NCBI GenBank assembly: GCA_951406725.2
Contig: OX597818.1
Coordinates: 24,490,001-24,554,000, forward strand
Direction: 5' to 3'
Length of the DNA: 64,000 nucleotides
Source of the DNA: Octopus vulgaris
Lineage: Eukaryota
Below, one piece after another: positions 37,128 to 50,149 of this stretch (the first letter of the stretch is position 1; each line of letters begins with the position of its first letter). A program made the position numbers and the translations under genes. The notes under the pieces are model-generated. The model was not told the origin of the DNA, searched no databases, and saw nothing but the letters and a program-made list of their open reading frames with translations.

Positions 37128-37512
37128 TGCACAGGAGTGGCTGTGTAGTAAGTAGCTTGCTTACCAACCACATGGTTCCGGGTTCAGTCCCACTGCGTGG
37201 CACCTTGGGCAAGTGTCTTCTACTATAGCCTCGGGTTGACCAAAGCCTTGTGAGTGGATTTGGTCGACGGAAACTGAAAGAAGCCCGTCGTATATATGTA
37301 TATATATGTGTGTGTCTGTTTGTCCCCCCCCCCCACATCGCTTGACAACCGATGCTGGTGTGTTTACGTCTCCGTAACTTAGCGGTTCGGCAAAAGAGAC
37401 TGATAGAATAAGTACTAGGCTTACAAAGAATAAGTCCTGGAGTCGATTTGTTCGACTAAAAGGCAGTGCTCCAGCATGGCCACAGTCAAATGACTGAAAC
37501 AAGTAAAAGAGT
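37128..37512 (+). mobile_element. tRNA-derived SINE, near full length (OR/CORE-like)
   Basis: A/B boxes, ccttgggcaagtgtctt core, internal (TA)(TG) tract and conserved 3' end. Confidence 0.92.
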
Positions 37513-39306
37513 AGACCAGTTTAGTCAGGACAGTACTACTTTTTGTAAGAAGCAACAGTATTTAACAATATTTGTGGAAATCATTTAGCAACACTTGAGC
37601 AAAAGGCAACTGAATGTTGCCAAGTTAGTCACTAATCTCCATTAAACTGGTGTGTTTTAGTTCTGTTTCTTTCCAACTCTGATTTTTTAATGTTTTTATC
37701 CTGCCACCATTTAACAAGGTAAAATTGATATACGACCAAGAATTACATATATGATGGCAATTAAAGTATGGGTGCAACTTTGAGATAAATATTATGGGGT
37801 CATTTATTGTCATTTATAAACAATGTTTAGTTTCAGTGATAATATAAGCTATATTCAAATGTCAGTCTTTGGAAATTTGCCTCACTAAATTGAAATAAAA
37901 TTAAGATTGATATTATAGAAATTAATATATGTATGTTTAGTAGCTTGCTAGGGATAAGCAGTTTTGGTTAGTGGGTGAATCCATTTGTGATAAATAGATG
38001 ATATTGATGTTACATCACGTAGAAGTCTCATTGAGTTATAGCGATAAAAAAAAAACTCAAGTGAAAGTCCGACAAGGTAAAGAATTTATGAAAAAATTTT
38101 GAATTTGTTAAGTTTCCTCTGATCAGGGAGAAAGTGAATTTGTATGTTACTGTTTTCGTTAAGAAATCAGTTCTCATTGAATTTAGCTTTATCTAAGTGG
38201 AATACTTACTATTAAAAGCTCACATCCAATTTGTTGCTGTAAGGAGAGGTGATGTTCATTTATCACTTACAAGGCTATAACCAGATATGCATGTTTGCTT
38301 CAGATATGTCTCACTTGAATAAAGTACCAATCATAAAATGTTTTTTTTAACATATTTTGTATTTTAAGAATTACTTTTGAAAAATAAAGTACAAATTATT
38401 AAATACAATTTTTGGCAGGACCTACAGTACCTCTTCCTGCACATTTATATATTTTTGAAATTTTATGTGCATAGAAGTTATTTTTGCAAGGTACTATAAA
38501 TGCTTTGTTTTTGTGATGTAGTTGCAATTAATCTATGATGGTGCTACAGAAATAAATTAGATGAGCATAATATGAAGTTGGCGACCATTTCCCTTGACTA
38601 TATTTGTTCTCAGTAAATAATAGATGATTATTGTAGTATTTTTCGGTACTGTAGGAGCAGGCTTATTTTTGTTTACTGGAGAATTTTTAATCCTAAAACA
38701 TGCTGTAATGTGAGTTGTGTTTATAATAATGAGTTTTTGGAAAAGGATATATGTCACATGGATCAGTATTTATTGGAATGTATTTTTATGGACCTTAGAG
38801 AATGAAAGACAAATCAAACTTGATGAAATTTGAAGTAAAAATGTGAGAGATCAAGCTAAATATCACAAGGTATTTAGTTTATGGTTTTTAGTACACTGTT
38901 GCCTTAATAATAATAATTTGTTACAGTCAATTAGAAAGGGTAATTTATTTCAGGTGATGTCTTGACTAAATTACTTGTGTAATTAATATATATTTCCTCT
39001 CGATACTAATTCTTCAGTTGCATTGACATATTAAAGTGTTTTCCTTTTGGGCATTTTAAAGGTAATTGTATTAGGATTAGAATTTAAATTCTTTTTGTGA
39101 AGAAAGAATTTTGTAGTATTGTCAGGAGAGGGATCTTTTTTTTTTTATCCATTTGATCACTGTAAGTAATCAAGTTTATAAAGTTTCTTTCTCATTTTAA
39201 TTTGTGAAAGATCAGCCATTAGTTAACAGTTTATGACCCTTTATTGTTTTCTTGCATTAGTATATATGCTTGTTCATTAGTACATAAATGTGTTCTTATA
39301 CTTCAG

Positions 39307-39467
39307 ATGTATTTCCTCAAGTGTTCGAAGGTGGGAAGCTGATTATTTCCAAAGGTTTAAGCAGTCATTTTCAAATCAGCCATACTTTGTCTATGAGTAC
39401 ATTCCAGTCAACTGGATATCGGTTTGGAGGAACATATGTTGGTACCAAAATGTACAGTGCTCAAGAG
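39307..39467 (+). CDS. TOMM40: TOM40 coding exon 2 (D-VFPQVFEGGKLIISKGLSSHFQISH...YSAQE)
   Basis: cttcag| acceptor, GAG|GTAAAG donor, 161 nt. KGLS.HFQ.SH and Y.FG.TYVG motifs. Confidence 0.98.
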
Positions 39468-40079
39468 GTAAAGAGGTTACATCTATGAAGATGCTTTCTT
39501 TTCATTGTATGTATTGTATCCTAAAGATACAGTGTAAGGAGTTACATTGATGTAATATTATTACTTTGCACATCAGACTGGAGATTTTGATTCAGTTTTG
39601 TTGAAGATGCTTTAAATGGCAATTTATCTTTTTAACATTAAATCAGCCAAATATGGAGACTATAACACAATGCTTTTTGTTCATTGACCATCAATGGCTG
39701 CATTTCCATGTTAAATTTCATAGCAGAAGACTTTTACAAATTCGTCCTTTTTGTCTTACATTGGTTGTTTTTATATGAATACATCTACATTTAACACCAG
39801 ATGTTATGAATATAAATTTATTGGCATGAAACGTTTATATTCCTTTTGATTATGTTTGAACATACAAATAATCTGTGCTAAGGTTTGTGTTGCTATGATT
39901 TTATAGCTAAATGTCCTGTCATACATTTGTTTTCTATATATATATAAAATGTTGTTTTTTTTTGGGGGGGGGGGGGGGTGAGATGCATAAGGCAATAGTA
40001 ATTTTTTTAATGGAAGCATTGTATCATTTAAAACTTATTTTCAGCCTTTTTGATTCAGTGTTCTTGTTTCCTTTTATAG

Positions 40080-40181
40080 GCTTACCCTGTTCTTATTGGT
40101 GATACTGATGCTTCTGGTAATATGAACGCAAACATTATACATCAATTTACTGAAAGACTTCGAGGAAAATTTGTTGCCCAA
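40080..40181 (+). CDS. TOMM40: TOM40 coding exon 3 (AYPVLIGDTDASGNMNANIIHQFTERLRGKFVAQ)
   Basis: ttatag| acceptor, |GTAAGT donor, 102 nt. Confidence 0.97.
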
Positions 40182-40298
40182 GTAAGTGTCAGTTCTCTAT
40201 TTATTTATTGTTTTAATGAAGAGTAATAGAGGTTTGCTTTTGAGGGTTTTGTTGTGCTGAAATAAAGAAAATGAAATGATGTTACTTTCTTTATTTAG

Positions 40299-40404
40299 AT
40301 CCAGAACAGCAAGTGGCTGGCCACACAATGCGCTGTGGATTATAAAGGCAATAATTTCACTGGTTCTTGTACTCTTGGAAATATAGATATTGTTAATGAA
40401 TCTG
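40299..40404 (+). CDS. TOMM40: TOM40 coding exon 4 (IQNSKWLATQCAVDYKGNNFTGSCTLGNIDIVNES-G)
   Basis: atttag| acceptor, G|GTAAGT donor, 106 nt. Confidence 0.96.
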
Positions 40405-41123
40405 GTAAGTATTTAATATCTGGTAATGTAATGTATTTATTTTTCATTTTTATAGATTTATGAGCAATAATTTAATTTTTCAAAATATTTCATTTGGAAC
40501 TTTAATATATAAAAACCAACTCTTGTCTAATCAGCAAAAGCTTTTTAGATACAATTGTCTTACAAATTATCCAAAGGAAAAGAAACTAATAGCTAAAAAC
40601 TACAATACATTCAAAATCAGTTAGTCGTAGCATGGAAAGTAGTGGTATCTAGTGATACTAATGCTAATTGTTGCTACCCTTTAGGACACATTTGAGTTAT
40701 CAGCTACCAATTTTTTGTGCTTTGTTTCATCAGAGTTTGTATTTTTGTCAGGCCAAGTGAGCAGATTTGTACTTGATAAACATTTTCACTTTTTCATTTG
40801 AATATATCATGACAAGTTTCAAATTGGAATTGAGATATCTTTTGTTATAATTCCATTTCTGTACCCACAGATTAGACAAATTTTCATTTATCTTACATTG
40901 TGTTATTTGTGGAAATGCAGTGAACTAGTAATTGTTCCAGCAGATCAGTCGCTATTTCACTGTTTCCAGTTGTAAAAGTGATAAAGGCGTATCTATGTAA
41001 CTCAATTAATTACTACATTATTTTTTTTTTTTTTCTCATTGGTCTAGTCTATTAGTTTTCTCAGCAGTATATATATCATTTGCTGATATACATAGGAAAA
41101 AGATATGTACACACTGACATATA

Positions 41124-41296
41124 TATATGGCAAATAAGAAAACAGAGAGGATATAAGGTCGACAGACGTCAGCAAGTAAACATTCAAGTCTGTCTATTTA
41201 TTCAATTGTTACAATTGAATAAATGGACACACTTGAATGCTTACTGGCTGATGTCTGTCGACTTAATACCCTCTCTGTTTTCTTACTTGCCATATA
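41124..41296. repeat. ~173-bp foldback palindrome in TOM40 intron 4
   Basis: tatggcaaataagaaaacagagagg...ttattcaattgt|t|acaattgaataa...cctctctgttttcttacttgccata. Confidence 0.9.
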
Positions 41297-41911
41297 AATC
41301 TTTTACCCCCACTCGGATATAATACTCAATTGCGAGATAGCCATGCAATAATTAACACTTGTCTGTGAATAATTGGGTACACTACCAGCAATATATTGGA
41401 TAGGTACTATCCCTTAGTTGGTTTCCCAACCTCTAACTCACACAGAAATATATATATATATTTGTGCAAACCTACACGTGTGTGTGTGTGTATATATATC
41501 TATATATATATACATACACGTGTAGGTCTCTGCATAGTTTCTGTCCTCCAAATTTTTTTCTTAAGACTGGTAGATGACATTTACCAAAGGTCTTGTACAG
41601 TGGAATTGAACCTAGAAGTGCATGGTTGCAAAAATTGTTAAAGCTATAAACAGATACAAAAAAATAAGGCTGGAGGAATTTACTGTATAAACATTCACCA
41701 ACGTTTTATGCTCTACTCTTCATCATATCTTTGTCAATATCAGTCAAAGCATCAACTGTGGAAGACCTGTAGATAAAAGAGAAAAATATAAGTTGAGCAT
41801 GCTCCATTTGATGTGCTACTTTAACTTACACAGCAGAGTGCAAATGAAATGAGAAAATGATTATGCATTAAAAACATTGACTGATAGCTGCTTTACTATG
41901 AATTCTATTTC

Positions 41912-42240
41912 ATGAGTGCCGGTGGCACGTAAAAGGGCACCATTTGAGTGTGATCGTTACCAACGTCACCTTACTGACACCTGTGCTGGTGGCATGTGTA
42001 AAAAGATTCGAGCGAGGTTGTTGACAGTACCGCCTTACTGGCCCCCGTGCTGGTGGCACATAAAAAGCACCCACTACGCTCTCGGAGTGGTTGGCGTTAG
42101 GAAGAGCATCAAGCTGTAGAAAATCTGCCAAATCAAGATTGGAGCCTGGTGCAGCCATCTGGGTCGCCAGCCCTCAGTCAAAATCGTCCAACCCATGCTA
42201 GCATGGAAAGCGGACGTTAAACGATGATAATGATGATGAG
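41912..42240 (+). mobile_element. RTE-tail short interspersed repeat
   Basis: Internal tgccggtggcacgtaaaa repeats; ends gcatggaaagcggacgttaaa(cga/tga)n. Confidence 0.88.
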
Positions 42241-42617
42241 TGAAGGTTTTGTGTACTTGACTGTGGCAAAATAAGACCAAAGAAAACACAAGATAAAATG
42301 ATGAGATCTGATTCAGAAATGTTGGGCATCACAGATGATATAATCCAAGTTTGAAACAAATTGTGATAGCCATCTTGCAAAACTGTTAAATCTATTTTAC
42401 CATGTCAAAATGGTGATGATAAATATATTATACACAATAAATTTTGAAAATTGTAGATATAGTACTTGCAAAGAGTCTTGGCAGTTTATATGGTGTAGCA
42501 AAATAGCTATTATATTAGACTATGTATAAATGAAATGTATTTTATAGCTTTTGTGTCCTTTTTTTTCTACCTATCACTTTGTATACACATTTCTAATTGT
42601 TTAAAATTGTTTTACAG

Positions 42618-42749
42618 GTATTGCAGTTGCTCAGTACTTACAGAAAGTTAGCTCTTCATTAATGCTTGGTGCTGAGGTATTATATCAGTATGGTAATACC
42701 GTCCCTGGGAATGAAATGGCTATACTTTCATTAGCTGGGAAATATTCAG
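42618..42749 (+). CDS. TOMM40: TOM40 coding exon 5 (G-IAVAQYLQKVSSSLMLGAEVLYQ...LSLAGKYS-G)
   Basis: ttacag| acceptor, CAG|GTAACG donor, 132 nt, phase 1/1. YLQ..LG.E motif. Confidence 0.96.
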
Positions 42750-42772
42750 GTAACGGCAATAGTAAACTTTAA

Positions 42773-42988
42773 CCCTTTAGCATTCAGATTCCTTTGTCAA
42801 ATGTAATGCTTATTTATTCACAATGTTTTGAATTAATCATCTACTATCTCATAGCTTTGAGATTTCAATGATGTGATTGTTTTTAGAATAACATTGTGAG
42901 GTGGGTGTGAGAGGCCAGGTCTGTCCAGTTTCAGTATAAAGCAAGTAGAATATTTTGGCTAGATATGGCCAGTTTAAATGCTAAAGGG
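42773..42988. mobile_element. piggyBac-type MITE (same family as 16192, opposite orientation)
   Basis: TTAA|CCCTTTAGCATT ... AATGCTAAAGGG|TTAA, starting 23 nt after the exon 5 donor. Confidence 0.9.
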
Positions 42989-43696
42989 TTAATATTTTCA
43001 GTATTATTTTTTCATTATTTACTTTGTAGTTAGAATATAGCCTAATTGTGTTTTGTGATGCTGGAGAAGACAATTTTTACTCTAATATTAGTGCATAAAT
43101 GCTATTTCTCTACCATCCAATTACTGTTTGTTAGATATATTCTATTTACTCATTATCAGCATTTAGTTTCTCCTGCAATAATGTATCTAGTATATTTGAT
43201 TTGGTGACCACTCAGTATTAACCAAATTGAGGAACTAGAAAATAATTGGATGACAGAGTAATGGTAACTTCAATTTAGGTGATATTAATTTGTTAAAAAA
43301 TAGGGAAAGGATTTGTTCTAGGTACAGTTTGTCTTTCATCCTATCAAATAGGTATCAGTCATTTACTGGAATTGATTCATTCAATTAACCATACCATTTT
43401 TCCTACAAATTGCTGCCATTCTGTCAATTTCGTTATTTTTTGGCATAATTTGCCTTTGTCACAAGGATGCTGTATTCACCATGTAACTTAAACTATATGT
43501 CTCGAGCTTGAAGATATATTCTGCTTAAACAAGAACTAATTCTCTCTCTCTAGATAAGTAGAACCAGTTATATTTAATAAGTATAACTGTTTTGGAACAC
43601 AAGATGTTGCAAAATATAGAAGATATAAGAGGTTAAACTGACTATACATATTTTCCTCTTGAAATTCTATCTAATTTATTTCTTATTTTATTTCAG

Positions 43697-43876
43697 GAGA
43701 TAAATGGCAGCTTTCTGCTAACTGTAGTCCTGCTGCTGGAGGTATTCACTTAGGATTTCATCAGGAGGTCATGGAAAACCTTGAAATAGCTGTTGAAATG
43801 GAATCAAGTTTACAAGAAAGTGCTACAACAGTAGGATACCAATATGAAATTCCGAATGCTGGAATGACATTTAGGG
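43697..43876 (+). CDS. TOMM40: TOM40 coding exon 6 (G-DKWQLSANCSP...VGYQYEIPNAGMTFR-G)
   Basis: tttcag| acceptor, G|GTAAGT donor, 180 nt, phase 1/1. Confidence 0.96.
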
Positions 43877-45130
43877 GTAAGTTTGAATTTTAAATTTTTA
43901 GTCAGAAGGTTAACTTGTTTACAAAAAAGAAAAAAAGAGGTTGTATGATTATTCTAATTTGTTGTTATCTAGCAATATTTCGTGTCTGCTTGAAATAGAA
44001 AAGGTTTTCTCCATCACACTCTTTTGACCTTTTGGTCATCACTCTCTTTTATCCAGCCTCTTGGTCACAATTGCCATAAAAGATTGGAGATGATGTAGAG
44101 AGCACCATCTAGTCGTGTGAACATGGCAACCTCTCTAATACTCCTACTATAATAAAATGCATCCTATACATGTGAATGAATAGAGACAATGTAACGTAGA
44201 GGAGACTGTTTAGTATCATAAGAACATGCAACCAATACATTAGGAAGGGCATCCAGAAATAAAAGCCATTCCAAAAACGGACTGTAGGTACAAGACATGC
44301 TGTACAGCCCATGCTGGCATGGAAAATAGACACAGAATGTTTTAGAATAGCCTTTCTGTAGCTATTCCTTACTATGATTTAATCTAACTTCTGTGACCTG
44401 TTTCTGACTTAATTTACCAACAATTCATCATATTTTTGTTTGTCTTCAACTTTACATATTCTGATGTAAATACATTTATTGCATCTACATTAACCAATAT
44501 CTCTTGTAAATGGCTACTTTATCAGCTTGCCTGCTCTCAAGTAATTTCAAATTTTAATCAAATAGATAATACTCATTTGACTATTCGTTTTTTTAATTTC
44601 TAATGTATGTATCAACACTAATAATGTCATTCATTTCTGTGCTCTTCAAAATCTCAAAAATTCTATTACGTTCTACTCTTGATGCCATACTTGTTTTACA
44701 TTCATGACTTCATGACTAGCCTGAAATCCAGTTTCCCAACGTTGACAATTTTAGCTGCATCTTGATCAATCTCATTTACTTTATTTTTTTAAATCTCTGT
44801 TGTAATTTTTTTTCACCTTTGTTTTGAATAGATATGTTAATCATATTAACACACAATGCTGAATTAGTGTTGGTTTTATAAATGAGCTAGGTTCATTACA
44901 ATATAATAAGATAAGCAAAGATGCATCTGTGTTGCTAGTAATATCTCACTGTTGTACTTAAAACAGAACACTTTGTGTAACCATTTCTAAGAAGGTTTTC
45001 TTCAGTTTCTATAAAAATACACAGGATGTCTCCAAACCTGTATCCTAAATTAACAATAGATCAGGACATGCTGCAGACTGAGGGAGGAACCAAATCTATC
45101 TCATATTCCACTCCACATGTAGGATAATGA

Positions 45131-45482
45131 TCATCATCATCATTGTTTAATGTCCGTTTTCCATGCTAGCATGGGTTGGACAGTTCCACCGGGGTCTGGG
45201 AAGCCAGGAGGCTGCACCAGGCTCCAGTTTGATCTAGCAGTGTTTCTACAGCTGGATGCCCTTCCTAATGCTAACCACTTCGTGAGTGTAGTGGGTGCTT
45301 TTTACGTACCACTGGCACAGGGGCCAGAAGAGGGTGGCAATGGCCATGATCTGTTGGTGCTTTTTACATGCCACCGGCACAGAAGCTGGCATCGGCTACA
45401 TTCAGATGGTACTTTTTACGTGCCACCAGCACGGGTATCACAACTACAATTTCCATTTGATTTTCATTTTGATGTTGATGTA
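45131..45482 (-). mobile_element. RTE-tail short interspersed repeat
   Basis: (cat)n gtttaatgtccgttttccatgctagcatggg...; reverse complement of the 41912 family. Confidence 0.88.
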
Positions 45483-45730
45483 TGTAACTTTGCAAAATGA
45501 TCTTAGAGCTCAAACAACAGACTAATTCTAGGTCTCACTTTATAACACACATCCTCCTCACGTCTGCATTTTCATTTTTGCTGCTACTCTCATTGGCATC
45601 AAAAATACTTCTAATTCTAGGTCTCTTCTCTCTAGGTTATATCTTCAATGATAGCCATAGATTTACAGAAAATGTATTGATAAAATAAATCATTACTTAT
45701 TAATATATTTTATACCCTTTTCTTTTCCAG

Positions 45731-45870
45731 GACAACTGGATACTAACTGGTGTGTAGGGGCAATGTTGGAGAAGAAACTGCTGCCATTTCCATTTACCTT
45801 TGCTTTGAGTGGATATGCTAATCACACTAAAGCACAATACCGATTTGGGGTTGGTCTTATTGTAGGTTAA
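45731..45870 (+). CDS. TOMM40: TOM40 terminal coding exon 7 (G-QLDTNWCVGAMLEKKLLPFPFTFALSG...RFGVGLIVG*)
   Basis: ttccag| acceptor, TAA at 45868-45870, LEKKL.P motif and C-terminal beta-signal. Exons sum to 1014 nt = 337 aa plus stop. Confidence 0.97.
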
Positions 45871-47720
45871 GGAATTTAGGTTGTTATCACCCAACAGGAA
45901 CGTACAAGCAAAGATACATATATTGTGAAAACCTTCATTAACTCATCAGTGCATGGTGAGCCATACTGATGTTCTAAGATGTTATCTTGAAGGATGTATG
46001 TTGATCTGGGTTTTTATTTAAGCTAACCTATGTATAGGTGTTTGAGAATATACATGCATCTCTCTGTATATTTGTATGCTTGTGCATATAAAAATATGTG
46101 CATACATGTAAGTTCAAATATGATGTATATCTATAATTTTGTGTGTGTGTGTGTGTTTGTCTGGATATATCAGTTGTATCAGGACAATTAAGTTAAATTC
46201 AAACTTATTTTGTATGAAAATGATCCCAGATCAGAGATATCAAAAAACCTATAATAGAAAATTTAGTTGAGTCTATGATAAGTAGACAGTGAGGGGAGTA
46301 AATTTCAGAAAATATCGTCTTTTGATTTTCACCTTAGTATAGATGAAAGATTTATCTTTATGGAACATTAGGTTTTTAACAGATCTATAATAAAATATCG
46401 GCTTTAAAATCTTGATCATGGCCACTAATTGAAGTCATTAAGACTAAATCAGCCAACTATCCACAGCAACTTTTCTGTTTTAAGAATTTTATTAACAGCT
46501 GACTACTTTACTGTAACTGCTAATTAATATCCAAGCAGTTTTTGAAATTGTTGACTTCAGCAAGAGTTATAAAAGTGTCTGTGACCTGATTTTGATCCCT
46601 AGTTGAAGTCAATTCATTGAAGCCATTAATGCCTTTTAGAAAGGCTCAAACATTATACAATCTCATTTCCCTTCCCAGTAAGCATGAGGTCTTATGCTTA
46701 TGTAAGAGAGCGATATTGTTATTGTTACACAACTTAAAGCAAATGTTAATACATTCTGTCTCCACGTATTTTTAAAGCAAATTCATTTTTAATAATTATT
46801 GTACCAAGATGGAGGGAAGGTAGGATACATTTACTTTGATTGGATTTTGAGAACAATAGAGCTATCAGCCAGTTAGTATTGGTGACCAGAGACAGTACAT
46901 TGATTAATATGAACCTGAAATGTTACTAAATCTGTTTGCACTCATAAGAGTCAATTTTCAAACACCTAAAATGGTTACTTAATTCAAACCCAATATTTGC
47001 TGGATGACTTTCTTTTTACTTCCATTTGTAAACTGTTGACTTAGATAAATGTAAATTTGTTTCACTCTACATCATTTCCCACTTTTTAAAAATCAACACA
47101 TGTTTTTGTTATAAGAAATTTGATTCCTCTATTATTTTGTGCTTTTGACACAATCCCAGAATATTGATGCCATATCTGTGTTCCTTACTACATTCATGTT
47201 ATACGCATTGCTTGATCACGACATCTCAATACTAAGGGGTTTGCCCTTTGTGGAAAAATTTTAATCAATAAATATGAACATTTCTAGATATACTAAAAGG
47301 TTTGTCTATCTTTAATTAGCAGTCAATGTAAAATATTCAGTGGGATATAAAAATATGGGGAGGGGGCAACCTGCTGTTAATATTCTTCAAGCTTAGCTAG
47401 TTGTTTGACAAATGTTATGTTCTTTGGATGTCAATATATCGAAGGGTCTTAATGTACTTCAACCCATTTCATTTACTACATATTCAATTTTGGAGTTTGA
47501 AAATTATGTTGATTACAAAGACAGTGAGACTCAAGTTATTTAAATGAATCAATCTTCGTCTAAATTCGACATTCTTTATATCATGGTTATAAAAGTATTT
47601 ATTCAAAAGTAGTAAAGTGTCAAAAGCATTTCATATCTGTGTAAAGATAGAAATATTTCTCCCTCTCTCTCTCTGCCTTAATTTCATAATTTTTCTTACT
47701 GAATAAACTCTGTTACAAAA
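45871..47720 (+). other. TOMM40: putative TOM40 3' UTR with candidate poly(A) signals
   Basis: No recognisable TE over ~1.85 kb. AATAAA at 46389, 47267 and 47702. Confidence 0.45.
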
Positions 47721-48872
47721 TAAGCTTGGATTGAGTAGTAAATCCCATCATATCCTAGTTTATTTATTTTCTCCATTCTGCATGCCATTACTTACAAAAA
47801 GAAAATTGAATACTAGGATACCAACTTGATACATCAAACGTTTTGAAGGGATTGTCTGTTTATAAAATGAATACTTAAGGGAATTTTTAAAAGAAAATCT
47901 ATGACTGTTTTAAGATATATAAACATTCTATTTTACAAGCTTATACTTTTATTTGGCTGATAATGCTTTGAATCAATTTTATAGACTGCTAAATCTAAAA
48001 TATATTGATTTTTCTATTGCTTAGCACGACAGCTTCATAATTAAATATAGAGGATATTTTGGAGTAAATGAATGAAGTGAAATAATTTTAACCTGGAATG
48101 AAAATTTGACTGATAATTCAAATTATCAGTTTATCATTTTTTTCTTGCTTTGATTACTGTAACTGATCAAAGTAATAATTTGATTCTTTTTTCTTTCATA
48201 TTTTGTGAATAGCTAAGGTGACAGTTATTGGTTTCCAGGGAGCCAATTTTTTGCTTTGCTGCATTTTCAATGACATGGGAGTGTCTGTACGACTCAAGCA
48301 GAACAAACAACACATTTTGTTTGATGCACCAGCTTATCAGCAATTGGCATCAGAAATGTTTTGGATTTTTTTTTTTTTCTGAATTATTCTACCTATGCAT
48401 ATATATATATATATATAGGGAGATTTGGTAATGGAACCTAGCCTTAAGCATGTTCATTTACTTCATCATACTGCTTATACCATGCAGGATGTTTTATTAA
48501 ATAAGTATAACCTTCATGCAAGCCATGTCTGTTTCCAATCTTTCATGAAATCCTGACTCTTTATGAGTAAATATTTCCATACTTGGAAATCAGTGAGAGT
48601 TGGTCACAGGAAGAACCAGCTGAAGAATTTGCCTCAACAAATTCTGTCCAACCTATACGGACATGTATAAGTGGACAGTAAAACAATAATATAAATGTAA
48701 TGAAAATAATTTCATTTATACTGATAGTCACATTACATGCATCCAGGGCATTATAAATATAGGTGATTTCATATAAAAATGTTTTATTTTTACCAAAGAT
48801 AAATATCAGAAACAGTTGAGAAACCTGAAGTAGACTCAACGATGAGGTAGTACTCTGTTCAATCACTTTTAA

Positions 48873-49059
48873 CCCTTTAGCGTTCATATTAATCTGACAA
48901 ATGCAATGGTTATGCATTCACATTGTTTTGAATTAATCATGCATTATTTCATAGCTTTGGGATTTCAATGGTATGATTGTTTTTAGAATTACATTGTAGG
49001 GTAGGTGTGAGAGGACAAATCTGGCTAGTTTGAACATATTTGGACTGGATATGGTTGGG
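48873..49059. mobile_element. piggyBac-type MITE, degraded right end
   Basis: TTAA|CCCTTTAGCG start; the interior is colinear with 42773-42988. Confidence 0.8.
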
Positions 49060-49122
49060 TTAAATGATTATTCCAGTGACAGCTGCATCATTAACAAGTG
49101 TTTTGTTGATATTTTTAATATA

Positions 49123-50035
49123 CAGGGTGTCCATAAAGTCTCTGTACAATTTTAAAATTTTATTACAAAGGCAGTTGACAAGATAGCATAACCAGATTTG
49201 TTTTATTGTAATAATTGTTTATTAAAGTTTTTTTAACTGTTATTTAATAGACCAATATGGGCACCATTAGTTGCACAAAGCACATCAAGACGGTACTTGA
49301 TTTCTTGCCATGTTCGCTGTAGGATAGCCTCATCAAAGGTGGCAATGGCATCTTGAATCCTTTGTTTCAAGTCAGCAATGTCCCATATCTTTGATACACG
49401 ATATGTTTTACATAACCCCATAAAAAGAAGTCCAAGGGAGTGATAATTGGCGAACTTGGTGGCCATGGAATTGACCCATCCCTTCCAATCCATCGGTCTA
49501 GAAATGTTTGATTGAGGAACTGACGAACATACCATCCCCAATGTGGTGGTACACCATCTTGCTGGAGAATGATGGTCGGTTGTAAATCAATCAGTTGTGG
49601 TGCTACATATTTGGTCAGAAGGTCGAGGTAAACATCTGCAGTAATTGTTGCCTTGTTGAAGGAAAATGGACCAATTATTCGATTGCACATGATTCCACAT
49701 CACACATTCACTTTTGGACTATCCTGTTGAAGCTCCCTAGTCACATGGGAGTGTTCTGATCCCTAGATTCTCACATTGTGTCTAATTTCCCCGAAACATA
49801 TGAAAGTGACCTCATCACTAAAACAAACTCGCTTGAGGAATGCTTCATCCTCATTTTATAGGAGTTCAGTGAATCAGTTCCCTTCCATCAACAGAGTATG
49901 TGAAACACAAAAATTTAATATCAATAAAAAATTTAATAAACAATTATTAAAATAAAACAAATCTGGTTAAAATATTTCATCAACTGCCTTTGTAATAATT
50001 TTTTTAAATCGTAAAGAGACTTTATGGACACCCTG
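49123..50035 (-). mobile_element. Tc1/mariner rosa-type (DD41D) element, internally deleted, long TIRs
   Basis: TA|CAGGGTGTCCATAAAGTCTCT TIRs extend ~110 bp. In QQDG...WPPSSPIITPLDFFLWGYVK, 41 residues separate the last two catalytic Asp. Confidence 0.9.
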
Positions 50036-50149
50036 TATATTGCCATAATTTCTTGTTCTGTAATGTCTGCCAGCTACTCTAGTCTTCAATAAGTTCATCT
50101 CACATTTTCACTATGTTATCTATGGGCACCTTTCCCTCTGTTAACCATT

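Noticed and set aside
37128-37205. tRNA-like A/B boxes, also at 25202, 62264, 7298 and 20667
   Set aside because: These are SINE heads. No complete cloverleaf, and each continues into the same core and tail.
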